This document shows, piece after piece, positions 30,624 to 42,282 of a DNA stretch of 64,000 nucleotides (its first letter is position 1; the number at the start of each line of letters is the position of its first letter). The translations under genes were made by a program, and so were the position numbers. Location of the stretch: positions 768,001 to 832,000 of the forward strand of contig CAVZDU010000001.1 in NCBI GenBank assembly GCA_963774265.1, in the 5' to 3' direction. The notes under the pieces are model-generated. The model was given only the letters and a program-made list of their open reading frames with translations, ran no database searches and was not told where the DNA came from. This DNA comes from an uncultured Chloroflexia bacterium. GTDB taxonomy: Bacteria; Chloroflexota; Anaerolineae; CG2-30-64-16.

Positions 30624-31961
30624 CTAGGGACTGTTGCGGAGCACCATGGGCAGGCGCAGCATGTACTGCAGGAGCAGCCCGTGGATATCGCGGTTGCCTC
30701 CGCTGTCCCGCTGGTGCTCCCAGGCGACCAGAAAGCCGGCCCGACCGCCCGCCACGGCAGGGTATTCGCGATCGGTTGTTGATCCCGGGAGCTTCACCAG
30801 GAAAGGCGGAGGTAGATTTTCGTTAGGCCATGCGCTGCGCGCCCAGATTGCGTAGTGTATAGGATTGGCGTAGCGGGTCTGCCAGGCCAGCAGATATCGG
30901 TCCCCCGCCCAATTGCAGTCGACGTCCACGTTCACCTCCGGTGAGGTCGTGTCGTCTATCTCGTACACGTTGCCGGGCACGGCGTCGCCGTTGAGGTAGC
31001 GGGCATAGATCGCATAGTTCTTCTCGGCCGGCGCTTGATCGGACTGCCAGGCGACCAGGTACTGATCGGCCGCCGCGCAGGCGGCCACCGCAGGCGCCGC
31101 CTCAAAGGAGGGCCAGCCGGCGATGACAAATTCACCGGTGACCGTGGGGCTGCCGCCGGTCAGCGGGACGCCGTCGCCCCGCAGACGCATCCCCCAAATG
31201 TCGATGTTGCTGGCGCTAAGCTCCAGATCCCAGGTGACCAGGTACTCGTTACGATGCAGGTTGTACGCCACGTCAGGGAAGTCGCGGATCTGGGCCCCGC
31301 TGGAGATCGTGAAGCCGTCGCCACCCGGAAAGCCGCCCGTCGCGGCAGTGATCCGCACCGCGCTAATGTAGCCGGGGACATTGATGGTCTCGCTCTTCCA
31401 CACCACCAGGAATTCTTCCTGAGCGCGGCCGTACGCCACCGCAGGGTGCCCCTGGTTGCTGGGCCATGAGCAGATCGGAAAATCCGTCGGATCAGGTGGT
31501 CCGTTCCAGGGGACAAAGCGCCCGTACACATCCCAATTGCTGCCGTTTCCGGAGATGTCGTCGGCCCACACAACCAGATAGCGGTCGTTGACCGGATCGT
31601 AGGCCACCGCCGGGTTCGTCTGGCTATGACCGGACGCGAGGGCAAACCAGCTCAAAAGCCGCCCGTCGCCGGAGATGCGCTGGGCATAAATGTCGTGGTA
31701 GCCACCGCCCCAATCGTTCTCCCAAACCACGAGATACTGGTTGTGGAGCGAGTTGTAGGCAATTGCTGGGCTGTACTCCGCGCTGTCGCGCTCCGAGATA
31801 ATGATCTCGCTGCTGAGGTTCGATGCGGCGACAGATTCAAGGGTCAGATGGCTGTCGCCACGTGGGTCGACGGGAGCTTCGGGGGGTGTCCATGCTACCG
31901 ACGCGACCGCCAGGAGCAGGGCCAGGCTGGCCCAGATGCGCAAGGGGTTTCGGGCGAACAT
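30624..31961 (-). CDS. Secreted beta-propeller-like repeat protein with Chloroflexi-type C-terminal sorting motif
   Basis: Signal peptide; 7 repeats of P-x-V-A-Y...YLVVW...DIY; ends LRLPMVLRNSP. Confidence 0.75.
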   Translation of the reverse strand: MFARNPLRIWASLALLLAVASVAWTPPEAPVDPRGDSHLTLESVAASNLSSEIIISERDSAEYSPAIAYNSLHNQYLVVWENDWGGGYHDIYAQRISGDGRLLSWFALASGHSQTNPAVAYDPVNDRYLVVWADDISGNGSNWDVYGRFVPWNGPPDPTDFPICSWPSNQGHPAVAYGRAQEEFLVVWKSETINVPGYISAVRITAATGGFPGGDGFTISSGAQIRDFPDVAYNLHRNEYLVTWDLELSASNIDIWGMRLRGDGVPLTGGSPTVTGEFVIAGWPSFEAAPAVAACAAADQYLVAWQSDQAPAEKNYAIYARYLNGDAVPGNVYEIDDTTSPEVNVDVDCNWAGDRYLLAWQTRYANPIHYAIWARSAWPNENLPPPFLVKLPGSTTDREYPAVAGGRAGFLVAWEHQRDSGGNRDIHGLLLQYMLRLPMVLRNSP

Positions 31962-32013
31962 TGGCGGCCCTCCTTCCGCGAAACGGAACAAGTCGGCCTG
32001 CAACGGCCTCCGC

Positions 32014-32054
32014 AAATAAAAAGTCGCCCGCGCCATGACTCGACGCCGACGACT
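32014..32054 (-). terminator. Intrinsic terminator within the 5' leader of the secreted protein
   Basis: agtcgtcggcgtc/ggcgcgggcgact stem followed by ttttattt. Confidence 0.65.
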
Positions 32055-32072
32055 CGTTTCGTTCGCATGTTC

Positions 32073-32140
32073 ACCCGTTCTCGGCCGTAGCGTCTACGCT
32101 GTAGCCTTGGGCGCCCTGGCCATTCCAGCAGCGCGGGGTA
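32073..32140 (-). ncRNA. Candidate cis-regulatory RNA (three-way junction)
   Basis: Two hairpins closed by cccg/cggg, between promoter TTGAAC-N17-TAACAT (32156-32184) and a terminator. Confidence 0.45.
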
Positions 32141-32339
32141 TTTCCGTTTGCGATCATGTTAGCACGAGTGGCCGCGGAGTTCAAGTACGAATGATGCCCA
32201 AATAATCTGCGACGCACACGGGTGCGGAGTATTCTTGCCGATGAGGCTTCCGTGATATTTTGTGGCCTGTCAGGAGGATGATAAGATTGTCTCATAGAGC
32301 ACCACAAAACGATAAACGCAAACGGAAAGGAGTCACACA

Positions 32340-32453
32340 ATGGGAGACAAAGGTGGGAAAAAGGATAAGAACAAGACTCAGAAACAGAAGGTAGTCAAGC
32401 AAGACCAACAGACCCAGAAGAAGCAGGAGAAGCAACCGAAGAGCACTCCGTGA
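32340..32453 (+). CDS. 37-aa Lys/Gln-rich small protein
   Basis: AAGGAG RBS; MGDKGGKKDKNKTQKQKVVKQDQQTQKKQEKQPKSTP; TGaTAAGAT promoter at 32279-32287. Confidence 0.7.
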   Translation: MGDKGGKKDKNKTQKQKVVKQDQQTQKKQEKQPKSTP

Positions 32454-32798
32454 GAGGAGTCAGGCTTCGAGCAGCGACCAGGCTTTGGCGCGCTTGCAGA
32501 AGGTGGGCGGCGACATGGAGCGCTTCATCGATGGCGCTCTCGCTGCCCACCGGCCAACCCGCCGGCTAGGAGCAGGGTCAGGCGCCGGGTCAGGCGCCGC
32601 CCTGCCTCGCAGCACGTATCACCACCAACCGATCATGGCCCCGCGCAACTCAGACAGCCTGCATGGATGTATCTTGCATTATCTCACCTCTAAGCTAGCT
32701 TCCGGACTCATTGCCCTTGCTTGCTTTCTTCGCGAGTCAGCGGCGCACTGAAAAGAGTGCTTACCTGGAGCCAGATCAGGTTGCGGAAGTGAGGCTGC

Positions 32799-34232
32799 AT
32801 GCCCGAATACGACTTCTTCACGCCGGCGGCCGGCGTGGAGCAAATCCACCAGGGTGCGCTCCGGCTGCTGGCTGAGACCGGGATCTACACGGATCACGTC
32901 GAGATGCGCGAGCGGCTGGTCGGCCTCGGCTGCCAGGTCGCCGGAGCGCGCGTAACCTTCCCGTCCGAGCGGGTCGCGGCGACGCTGGCGGCGATCCCGT
33001 CCGGTTTCAGCGTATACGGGCGCACCCCGGTGGTCACCGCACGGGTGGACGCCGACGGCCCCATGCTGTGCACCAACACCGGCATTCTGCCCGACATCTA
33101 TGATCTGGCGACCGGGGCACTGCGCAGGGCAACGCTGGCCGACGTGGAGGCGACGACGCGCATCCTCGACGCGCTGTCCAACGTGGACATCGTCTACGTC
33201 TCGCTGCTGGACGCGACCGACCAACCGGCATCCCTGATCACCCTCGTCGACTTCGCGGCTACCCTGGCCAACACTACCAAGCCGCTGATCGGTCCCGGCG
33301 TCGTCAACGGCGCAGAAGCCGAGGCGATCGTGGCCATGGCGCGGGCGCTGCGCGGCCCCGATCTGGCGCGTTATCCGGCCTGCGTCCCGTTCATCTGCCC
33401 GATCAGCCCGCTGCGCTTCCCGGCGGCGCTCGTGGATGCGCTGATCGTCGTTGCGGAGTCCGGCCTGCCGCTAGAGGTGATATCCAACCCGGTGATGGGC
33501 GTCACCGCGCCCTACACTCTCGCCGGCGCGGTGGCCCTGGGGCACGCCGAAGTGCTGGCCGCGGCCGTGATGGCGCATGCCGTGCGACCCGGGCTGCCCA
33601 TATTGAATGCGAGCACGCCGAGTATCGCTGACATGCGGACGCTCATCTCCACCACGGGCGGGCCTGAGACCGGGTTGATCCGGCGCGCGGTGGCGGAGCT
33701 TTCGCACTACTTGGACCTGCCGTCGTGCATTCACGGCCACACCAGTTCTACGCGTCCCGACTTCCAGGCCGGCGATGAGAAGGCCCTCAACACGCTCCTG
33801 CTGGCCAGCGCCCGGCCAACCATTCTGGGCGGGCTGGGGGGCCTCTCCAACGTTACGCTGGGCAGCTACGAGATGCTGGTGCTCGACGACGAGCGCTTCG
33901 GCGCCGTGCGCCGTGTCCTGGCCGGCATCGCCGTGGACAGCGACCATCTGGGCCTGGATGTTATCGCGCACGCCGCCGCGGGTGGCGACGGGCTTTGCGT
34001 GGGCCACGACCATACGCTGAAATACCTGCGCAGCGCGGAGGTGTGGCGGCCGCGGATGGCCTTGCGCACGGGGCTCGTGAACGGCGCGCCGGCGGTCGAG
34101 AGTTCCGTGGATCGGGCTCGGGCAGAGGCCCGGAGGATCCTCGACACGCACGAAGTAGCGCCCTTGCCGGTTGATGTGCAGCGCGCCATCGCTGAGATCA
34201 TCCAGGCCTACGCGGGCGCGCACCCCTCCTGA
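32799..34232 (+). CDS. Trimethylamine methyltransferase (MttB) family protein, non-pyrrolysine
   Basis: IHQGALRLLAETGI, NTTKP, PISPL, MGVTAPYTLAG, DMRT, GGPE, DFQAGDEK, HDHTL. Confidence 0.85.
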   Translation: MPEYDFFTPAAGVEQIHQGALRLLAETGIYTDHVEMRERLVGLGCQVAGARVTFPSERVAATLAAIPSGFSVYGRTPVVTARVDADGPMLCTNTGILPDIYDLATGALRRATLADVEATTRILDALSNVDIVYVSLLDATDQPASLITLVDFAATLANTTKPLIGPGVVNGAEAEAIVAMARALRGPDLARYPACVPFICPISPLRFPAALVDALIVVAESGLPLEVISNPVMGVTAPYTLAGAVALGHAEVLAAAVMAHAVRPGLPILNASTPSIADMRTLISTTGGPETGLIRRAVAELSHYLDLPSCIHGHTSSTRPDFQAGDEKALNTLLLASARPTILGGLGGLSNVTLGSYEMLVLDDERFGAVRRVLAGIAVDSDHLGLDVIAHAAAGGDGLCVGHDHTLKYLRSAEVWRPRMALRTGLVNGAPAVESSVDRARAEARRILDTHEVAPLPVDVQRAIAEIIQAYAGAHPS

Positions 34233-34369
34233 GCCTCATCGTGAAGATCCTCATGAAGATGACCGAATCCGGGAATGTACCTTGCGGAGCAAAGGACGGC
34301 GCGCGCCTAAGATAGAGGTTGTGCAAACTATATGCACAGAGGTCCTAACTGAATTGGAGCAGGCAGAGA

Positions 34370-35799
34370 ATGCGGAAGTTTTTCATCGTTGTCATCATCC
34401 TTGCCATCCTGGGCGCGGCGGGCTACTTCGGCTACCAGCAATATCTGAAGCGGCAGACGGCGCAGAAACCCGATTATGAAACCGTGACGGTCAGTCGTGG
34501 CAATATCTCGGCCACGGTGAGCGCGACGGGCGCGGTGCTGCCGGAGCGCGAGGTGAGCCTCGCTTTTAGTGCGTCCGGCGCGATCGCGGCCGTGAACGCA
34601 GAGGTCGGACAGCAGGTGGCCGGGGGGCACGTGCTCGCCGCGCTGGACACCGCAGACCTTGAGCTGGCAGTGCGCCAGGCGGAGGTCGGGGTGGCACAGG
34701 CGCAGGCGCAGCTTCGCCAGTTGCAGGAGAAACCAAACCCGGTGGACGTGGCTGCTGCGCAGGCTGCGCTGGACAGTGCACAGGGCAGCCTGCGCAGCAC
34801 GCAGGCCGCGTATCAGCAGACGGTCAAGGGGCCTGATCGCGATACCCTGGCCGCGGCACAGGCGCAGGTGGACCAGGCCAAGGTGCAGTTGGGTCAAGCG
34901 CAGCAGGCGTACGATAAGGTGAAGGATCGGGCGGACGTGGGCATGATGCCGCAGTCCGTTCAACTGCAAAACGCGACGATTGCGCTCGAAACCGCCGAGG
35001 CCCAGTTCCGGGCCGCCCAAAAGTCGGTGACTTCGGCGCAAGTGTCTGCCGCACTGGCCCAGGTGGCCGGGGCCGAGGCCCAGGTGGCCCAGGCGCAGGC
35101 CGGCCTGGATAAATTGCTGCGCGGACCGTCGGCCGAACAGGTGGCCATCGCACAGGCAGGGGTCGACCAGGCACAACTGGCGTTGGAACAGGCTAAGCGC
35201 CGGTTGGCGAACGCCCAGCTTGTTGCACCCTGGCCCGGAGTGGTCACAACAGTGGCCATCGTGCAGGGGGGATCGGCATCCCTCGGGCAGCCGGCCGTGC
35301 GGCTGGCCGACACTACTAAATTCCACCTGGATGTGCAAGTAGATGAGGTCGATATCGCGGTCATTCAATCCGGGCAGACCGTGCAAGTCGAGATCGATGC
35401 GCTGCCGGATGTGCGCTTGACGGGCAAGGTGAGCCGCATCTCTCCTGCCTCTACAGTCTCTCAGACGGGCGGGGTTTCGTATAGCGTGCGGCTGGACATT
35501 GATCCAACCGATGCGCCTTTGTTGGCGGGCATGAGCACAACTGCGACCATCATCGCCAGGACGCGGGAGAATGTCCTGCTGGTCCCGAACCGCGTTGTCC
35601 AGCTGGAGCGGGAGACTGGCCGCACATTCGTCGAGCGCGTGGCCGGTGAGAAGCTGGAGCGGGTCGAGGTGCAGCTGGGCCTGCGCGACGATCAAACCAG
35701 TGAGGTGCGCGAGGGGGTCGCAGAGGGCGACGTCCTGGCCATCATCAGCCGTACGAGCGCGGATCAGTTGCGTAATCTCTTCGGGGGTGGGTTCTCACA

Positions 35800-35803
<4 letters not shown>
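34370..35803 (+). CDS. Efflux membrane-fusion (HlyD/MacA-like) adaptor
   Basis: N-terminal TM, VSATG, long coiled coil, [22 protein letters not shown]. Confidence 0.9.
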
Positions 35804-36579
<776 letters not shown>

Positions 36580-36590
<11 letters not shown>

Positions 36591-37832
36591 CGAGGAAATC
36601 CGCCTGGCGCTGCGTGCCCTTTCTGTCAACAAGCTGCGTTCTGCGCTGACGATGTTGGGCATCATCATCGGTGTGGGCGCGGTGATCACCCTGCTCTCGG
36701 TGGGCCAGGGCGTGCAGAACCTGGTCACGGGTCAGTTGCAGAGCATCGGCACGAACCTGCTCTTCGTCGTCCCGGGCAACCTGGACGCGAGCACCGGACA
36801 GCGCCAGCTCGGGACTCACGTTGACGCTGAACGACGCTGAGGCCATCGCAGATCCTTTCAATGTGCCGGACGTGGTGGGCATCGCACCCGAGGTGCTCTC
36901 CACCACCGGGGTCAGCTACAAAAAGACCACTTTGCGGGTTTCCGTCTCCGGCGTGACGCCAGCCTACGCTGTGGTTCGCAACCGGCCGGTGGCCATCGGC
37001 AATTTCATCACCGAGACCGACGTGAACGGACGCACCCGGGTGGCGGTGATCGGCAGCCGTATCGCGGAGCGGTTCTTCGCTGAGGCGAACGTGTATCCGG
37101 TCGGCGCGACGATCAAGATCAACAACGTCCCCTTCAAGGTGATCGGCGTGCTCGAAGCGCGCGGGCGGCACAGGCGGACCCGGCGGCAACCAGGATGAGG
37201 TCGTCATGGTGCCGCTCAGCACTGCACACGAGCGGTTGTTCCCGCGATACCATAACAGCAGGGGCGAGCCGCTGCTCTCGGTGATCTACGCACAGGTGGT
37301 GAGCGAGGACCGCATGGACGCCGCATCGGCCGAGATCAGCGATCTGCTGCGCCAGCGCCACGACATCCGTTTCCAGGACGAGGATGACTTCACGGTCATC
37401 AACCAGCAGGATCTGCTGTCGATTTTCGGGCAGATCACCGGCGTGTTGACCATCTTCCTGGGCGCGATCGCCGGCATCAGCCTGCTGGTGGGCGGCATCG
37501 GCATCATGAACATCATGCTGGTGTCGGTCACCGAACGGACGCGGGAGATCGGGCTGCGCAAGGCAGTGGGCGCGAAGCGGCGGGACATCCTGGTCCAGTT
37601 CCTGATCGAATCGGTCGTGCTGTCGCTGCTCGGCGGCCTGCTGGGGATTGCACTGGGCGCCTCGGGAGCGCTCGGGATTTCATCGTTGCAGAACGACCTG
37701 ATTGCGGTGGTGACGCCCCAGTCGATCCTGCTCGCGACCGGCTTTTCGGCAGCCGTGGGGCTCTTCTTCGGCATCTATCCGGCGACGCGCGCCTCGCGGC
37801 TCAACCCGATTGATGCGCTGCGGTACGAATGA
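36580..37832 (+). CDS. MacB-like ABC permease, frameshifted
   Basis: [45 protein letters not shown]. Confidence 0.92.
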
Positions 37833-37851
37833 CCTTGTAGAATCGTGTTCA

Positions 37852-37863
37852 GAACGCACGTTC
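37852..37863. promoter_or_regulatory. LexA (SOS) box upstream of recA
   Basis: GAAC-gcac-GTTC. Confidence 0.75.
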
Positions 37864-37985
37864 ATGGCCTCTAGCATTTGCGTATTTCCTGATAGTAGGG
37901 TAACATAAGCTGCGGGTTGGCAATGTACCTTGCGCACCCCGACGTTCTATAGGAACGATTCCTGGAGGAAGTGGGGACTATCAGA

Positions 37986-39023
37986 ATGGCGGATAACGCG
38001 CGACTGAAGGCGCTGGATACAACGTTGGCAAACCTGAAGAAGCGCTTCGGTGAGGGAACGATCATGAAGCTGGGTGAAGCTGAGCGCTCGAAGATCGCTG
38101 CCATCCCAACCGGCTCCCTCTCGTTGGATCTCGCCTTGGGCATCGGGGGCGTGCCACGCGGCCGAATCACTGAGATCTACGGCCCGGAATCGTCGGGAAA
38201 GACGACGATTTGCCAGCATATCATTGCAGAGGCCCAGAGGATGGGCGGCATCGCGGCGTTTGTCGACGTCGAGCACGCGCTTGACCCGGATTACGCGCGG
38301 CGGTGCGGCGTCAATGTGGACGACCTTTATATCTCCCAGCCCGACACGGGCGAGCAGGCGCTCGAGATCGCTGAGGCGCTGATTCGTTCGGGTGCGGTGG
38401 ATGTGGTCGTGATCGACTCGGTCGCGGCATTGGTGCCGCGCGCCGAAATTGAAGGTGAGATGGGGGACAGCCACGTCGGCCTTCAGGCGCGCCTGATGTC
38501 GCAGGCGTTGCGCAAGCTGGTGGGCGCGATCAAGACCAGCAACACGGCGCTCATTTTCACCAACCAGTTGCGCCAGAAAATCGGCATTATGTTCGGCAAC
38601 CCTGAAACGACCTCAGGCGGCATGGCGCTGAAGTTCTACGCCAGCGTGCGCCTGGATGTGCGGCGCATCGAGGGCATCAAGTCGGCCGGCAACACGGTGG
38701 GCAGCCGCACGCGGGTCACCGTGAAGAAGAACAAAGTCGCGGCGCCGTTCCGCCAGGCTGAGTTCGACATCATGTATAATAAGGGCATCAGCAAGTCGGG
38801 CGACTTGCTGGACCTGGGCGCCACCATGGGCATTATCGACAAACGGGGCGCCTTCTATAACTTCAACGACACCCGGCTCGGTCAAGGCCGCGAAAACGCC
38901 AAGGATTTCCTGGAGGCATCCCCGGCGATTGCGCAGCAGATCGAGGACGCGATCCGCGGCAAGGCCTCGCTTGCGCCGGTGCAGGTGGCTGGCCCCGAGG
39001 ATGACGGGGACGCTGAAGAGTAG
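37986..39023 (+). CDS. recA: Recombinase RecA
   Basis: [47 protein letters not shown]. Confidence 0.99.
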   Translation: MADNARLKALDTTLANLKKRFGEGTIMKLGEAERSKIAAIPTGSLSLDLALGIGGVPRGRITEIYGPESSGKTTICQHIIAEAQRMGGIAAFVDVEHALDPDYARRCGVNVDDLYISQPDTGEQALEIAEALIRSGAVDVVVIDSVAALVPRAEIEGEMGDSHVGLQARLMSQALRKLVGAIKTSNTALIFTNQLRQKIGIMFGNPETTSGGMALKFYASVRLDVRRIEGIKSAGNTVGSRTRVTVKKNKVAAPFRQAEFDIMYNKGISKSGDLLDLGATMGIIDKRGAFYNFNDTRLGQGRENAKDFLEASPAIAQQIEDAIRGKASLAPVQVAGPEDDGDAEE

Positions 39024-39292
39024 GGCGAACGGTCGCCCTGATCATGGTTCAACTTGTTCTTGACGCGCCGCGTGGCGGCGTTGGCAACGAAAGCCCAACG
39101 CGCATGGGCTAATTCAATCGACTGCACTGCTTTCACTTGCCTCGCAGGTTCTGGCTTATGAGGGGTGTGAGTTCGTAATTCGGCATTCGTGCTAACGCTG
39201 CTGCACGGTTAATTCGACCTAGACGTGATCTGGACAAGAGCCGTGGTTGGGGCCCTTCGGGGTGACCTGTCGCCACGGCTTTTTGATTGGCA

Positions 39293-39928
39293 ATGGCCGG
39301 AACCATCACGAGCTTGCGTTATCAGAAGCGGACCGACGAGCGCGCCAATGTGTACCTCGACGGCCAGTATGCCTTCGCGCTGCCAGCGATCGACGCAGCC
39401 CGGCTGAAGGTCGGCCAGCACCTTAGCGACGCGGACATCACGCGGCTACAGGCGACGGATGCCGAGGCGAAAGCGTACGATAAGGCGGTGCGATACCTGA
39501 GCTACCGGCCGCGAAGCACGGCTGAGGTGCGCCGTTCGCTCGAAGAGGCTGAGTTCGCACCTGAGGCCATCGAGGCTGTCCTGGGCCGGCTGACCGACCA
39601 GGGCTATCTGAACGACGCAGCGTTCGCGGCGTATTGGGTGGATAACCGGCAGCATTTCCGGCCCAAAGGCGAGCAGGCTCTGCGACAGGAGTTGCGACGC
39701 GCAGGCGTCGACAAAGAGACCATCGATGAAAGTCTCGATGGACTGGACACCAGCGAGGCGGCCTATACGGCGGCTCAGCCGAGGGCAAATCGTCTCGCAG
39801 CGTTGGCCGCAGAAGACCCGGCGGCATTCAGGCGCAAGTTGAGTGAATTCTTACTGCGCCGTGGGTTTACGTATGACGTCGTACGCGAGGTTGTCGCGCG
39901 TTTATTGCGTGAGATGAAAGAGGACTGA
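39293..39928 (+). CDS. recX: Regulatory protein RecX
   Basis: LSYRPRSTAEV, YLNDAAFA, LRQEL, LLRRGF; follows recA. Confidence 0.93.
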   Translation: MAGTITSLRYQKRTDERANVYLDGQYAFALPAIDAARLKVGQHLSDADITRLQATDAEAKAYDKAVRYLSYRPRSTAEVRRSLEEAEFAPEAIEAVLGRLTDQGYLNDAAFAAYWVDNRQHFRPKGEQALRQELRRAGVDKETIDESLDGLDTSEAAYTAAQPRANRLAALAAEDPAAFRRKLSEFLLRRGFTYDVVREVVARLLREMKED

Positions 39929-40048
39929 GGGCGACTGGCGCTTGACCGTGCCATCTCGTCCTGGTCGCTGATGTGCACTTATGCGGCGATCCTATCGTTG
40001 GTTCGCCGGCCATATACCCACCCATGACATTTGAAAGGTAGGAATCCT

Positions 40049-41620
40049 ATGTTCGGAGGAAGTCCAGGTCTCCGCATCATCGTGGACCTGTTGATCTTCC
40101 TGGCAGCAGGCGTAGCTGGCGGCGTAATTGGTTATCTGCTCATTAAGTCGCGCCAGCTCCAGGCTCGTAACGAGGCGGAGGCGCTCCTCAAGAATGCCGA
40201 AGTTGAGTCCAGGCGCGCGGTGGCCGAGGCGGAAACCCGGGCCAAGTCGATTGAACTTGCTGCACAGGAGCAAAAGGTCCAGATTCTGGAGGAAGCTGAC
40301 CAGGAAATTGTACGCCGGCGGCGCGAAATAGACCGCGCCGAAGAGCGGATCCAGCGACGTCAGGAGGCGGCGGAGAGCCGCATGGAACAGATCGAGCAAC
40401 GCAATCGCAAGCTCGATCAACGCCAGGGCAAGCTGGATAAACGGGAAACTGATCTGACCAAGCTCGAAGAGGAGCGCGCAGCCGAGCTCGAGCGGATCGC
40501 GCAGATGACCCAGGAGGATGCGCGGCAAGAGTTGCTGGCTGCCGTGGAGCAGAGCACGCGGCAGGACATGGCGCGCAAGATCCGCGAGGTTGAGGCACTG
40601 GCGAACACCGAGGCCGAGAGTCGGGCGCGCGAAATCATCACTCGTGTGATGGAGCGCGTCGCATCCGAGCACGTGTCGGAAACAACGGTGGCCAGCGTGC
40701 CGCTGCCTACCGACGAAATGAAGGGCCGTATCATTGGCCGGCAAGGGCGCAACATCCGCTCTATCGAGCAGGCCACGGGTGTGGACCTGGTGGTGGACGA
40801 CACGCCGGAAGCGATCCTCATCTCGTCGTTCGATCCGATCCGCCGGGAAGTCGCAAGAATCGCCATCGGCCGGCTAGTGCAGGACGGGCGCATCCATCCC
40901 GCGCGCGTCGAGAAGGAAGTTGAAAAGGCGCGCGGCGAGGTCGAGAAGTCAATCAAGGATGCCGGCGAACAGGCGGTCATCGAAGCGGGCATGCAGATGC
41001 TGCATCCGGAGATCGTCAAACTGCTGGGCCGGTTGAAGTATCGTACGAGTTATGGCCAGAACCAGCTCAACCATGCGGTCGAGGCCACTCATATTGCGGC
41101 TATGCTCGCGGCTGAGATGGGCGCGAATGTCCAGATCGCAAAGATGGGCGCGCTGTTGCACGACATCGGCAAGGCGGTAAGCCACGAGGTGGAGGGCGCG
41201 CACGCACAGATCGGCGCGGATATCGCCAGGCGCTATGGAGTGCCTGCGGAAGTGGTCAACATCATCGCTTCGCACCACCACGAGGAGGACCAACTCTCGG
41301 TGGAGGCGGCCATCGCGACAACCGCGGACGCCATCAGCGGTTCGCGGCCGGGTGCGCGACGTGAGGCGCTCGAGAGCTACGTCAAGCGCATCCAGGCCCT
41401 GGAGGACATCGGCAACTCGTTCAACGGCGTGCAGCAGACGTACGCCATCCAGGCTGGCCGAGAGGTGCGGGTGATCGTCCGTCCCGAGGACGTGGATGAT
41501 CTGGGGTCGATCCGGTTGGCCAAGGATATCGCCAAGAAGATCGAGGACAACCTGGAGTATCCGGGGCAAATCAAAGTGATGGTAGTGCGCGAGACGCGCG
41601 CGATTGAAACTGCCAAGTAA
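40049..41620 (+). CDS. rny: Ribonuclease Y
   Basis: TM plus coiled coil, KGRIIGRQGRNIR (KH), RTSYGQN, LLHDIGK (HD), AIQAGREVR. Confidence 0.97.
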   Translation: MFGGSPGLRIIVDLLIFLAAGVAGGVIGYLLIKSRQLQARNEAEALLKNAEVESRRAVAEAETRAKSIELAAQEQKVQILEEADQEIVRRRREIDRAEERIQRRQEAAESRMEQIEQRNRKLDQRQGKLDKRETDLTKLEEERAAELERIAQMTQEDARQELLAAVEQSTRQDMARKIREVEALANTEAESRAREIITRVMERVASEHVSETTVASVPLPTDEMKGRIIGRQGRNIRSIEQATGVDLVVDDTPEAILISSFDPIRREVARIAIGRLVQDGRIHPARVEKEVEKARGEVEKSIKDAGEQAVIEAGMQMLHPEIVKLLGRLKYRTSYGQNQLNHAVEATHIAAMLAAEMGANVQIAKMGALLHDIGKAVSHEVEGAHAQIGADIARRYGVPAEVVNIIASHHHEEDQLSVEAAIATTADAISGSRPGARREALESYVKRIQALEDIGNSFNGVQQTYAIQAGREVRVIVRPEDVDDLGSIRLAKDIAKKIEDNLEYPGQIKVMVVRETRAIETAK

Positions 41621-41647
41621 GAAACCCAAACTCCGTAAGACAACCTG

Positions 41648-41684
41648 AACCTCCGAGGTCTCCCAGACCTCGGAGGTTTTTTTT
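41648..41684 (+). terminator. REP-like hairpin with T tract terminating rny
   Basis: aacctccgaggtct-ccc-agacctcggaggtt followed by T run. Confidence 0.85.
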
Positions 41685-42131
41685 ATTATGCCCAACAATC
41701 TATCACCTCTGATTCACTCCCGAATAGGGTTTGCCGAATGGGACCCGCGAAAGAATATTGCGTCAAACATCTGCCTTTTTTGCGACACTGTAACGATAAG
41801 TTCACGATATCCGGGCTGTTATCCAACGATGATTTTGCGGTCTGGTTGTATACCTGTCATTGAAAGATCCAAACGAGGAAACATCACATGTCACAGCATC
41901 TCGCTCGCGTACGTTCTTTGTTGGTTCTGGCAACGGTACTGGCACACTCAGCGCGACGGACAAGGACGCGGGAACGGGCCAGGCCGCGGCGATGGCCGCG
42001 CTGTTCGGGGTCATGCTGCTCGTCTTTTTCAAGCGTTTTCCCGCAGTTTCATTGTGGGAAGTGGCCGAGGGCCGCGTCGTATGCGTATCCAACTTCGGTA
42101 CGCCACAACTATCACGAAAGGACAGGATGAA

Positions 42132-42257
42132 ATGGACATAGTAGCCCTGTGGGAAGCGATCATCGCCACGGCGATCTTTCCGGTCGCCTTTCTCGCCATG
42201 GTGGCGGTCGGCTGGGTTATGGTGATCGTTCTCGTCAAGATGACGTATCGCCCTTAG
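42132..42257 (+). CDS. 41-aa hydrophobic membrane peptide
   Basis: MDIVALWEAIIATAIFPVAFLAMVAVGWVMVIVLVKMTYRP; AGGA RBS. Confidence 0.45.
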   Translation: MDIVALWEAIIATAIFPVAFLAMVAVGWVMVIVLVKMTYRP

Positions 42258-42282
42258 CGTTGTGTAAATCGTCTATAGATGC

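Noticed and set aside
32454-32751. ORF 32485..32751 with a 12-bp tandem repeat
   Set aside because: No recognisable domain and weak start; probably a gene remnant
32799-34232. Pyrrolysine-containing methyltransferase
   Set aside because: No in-frame TAG in the gene and no pyl genes in the window
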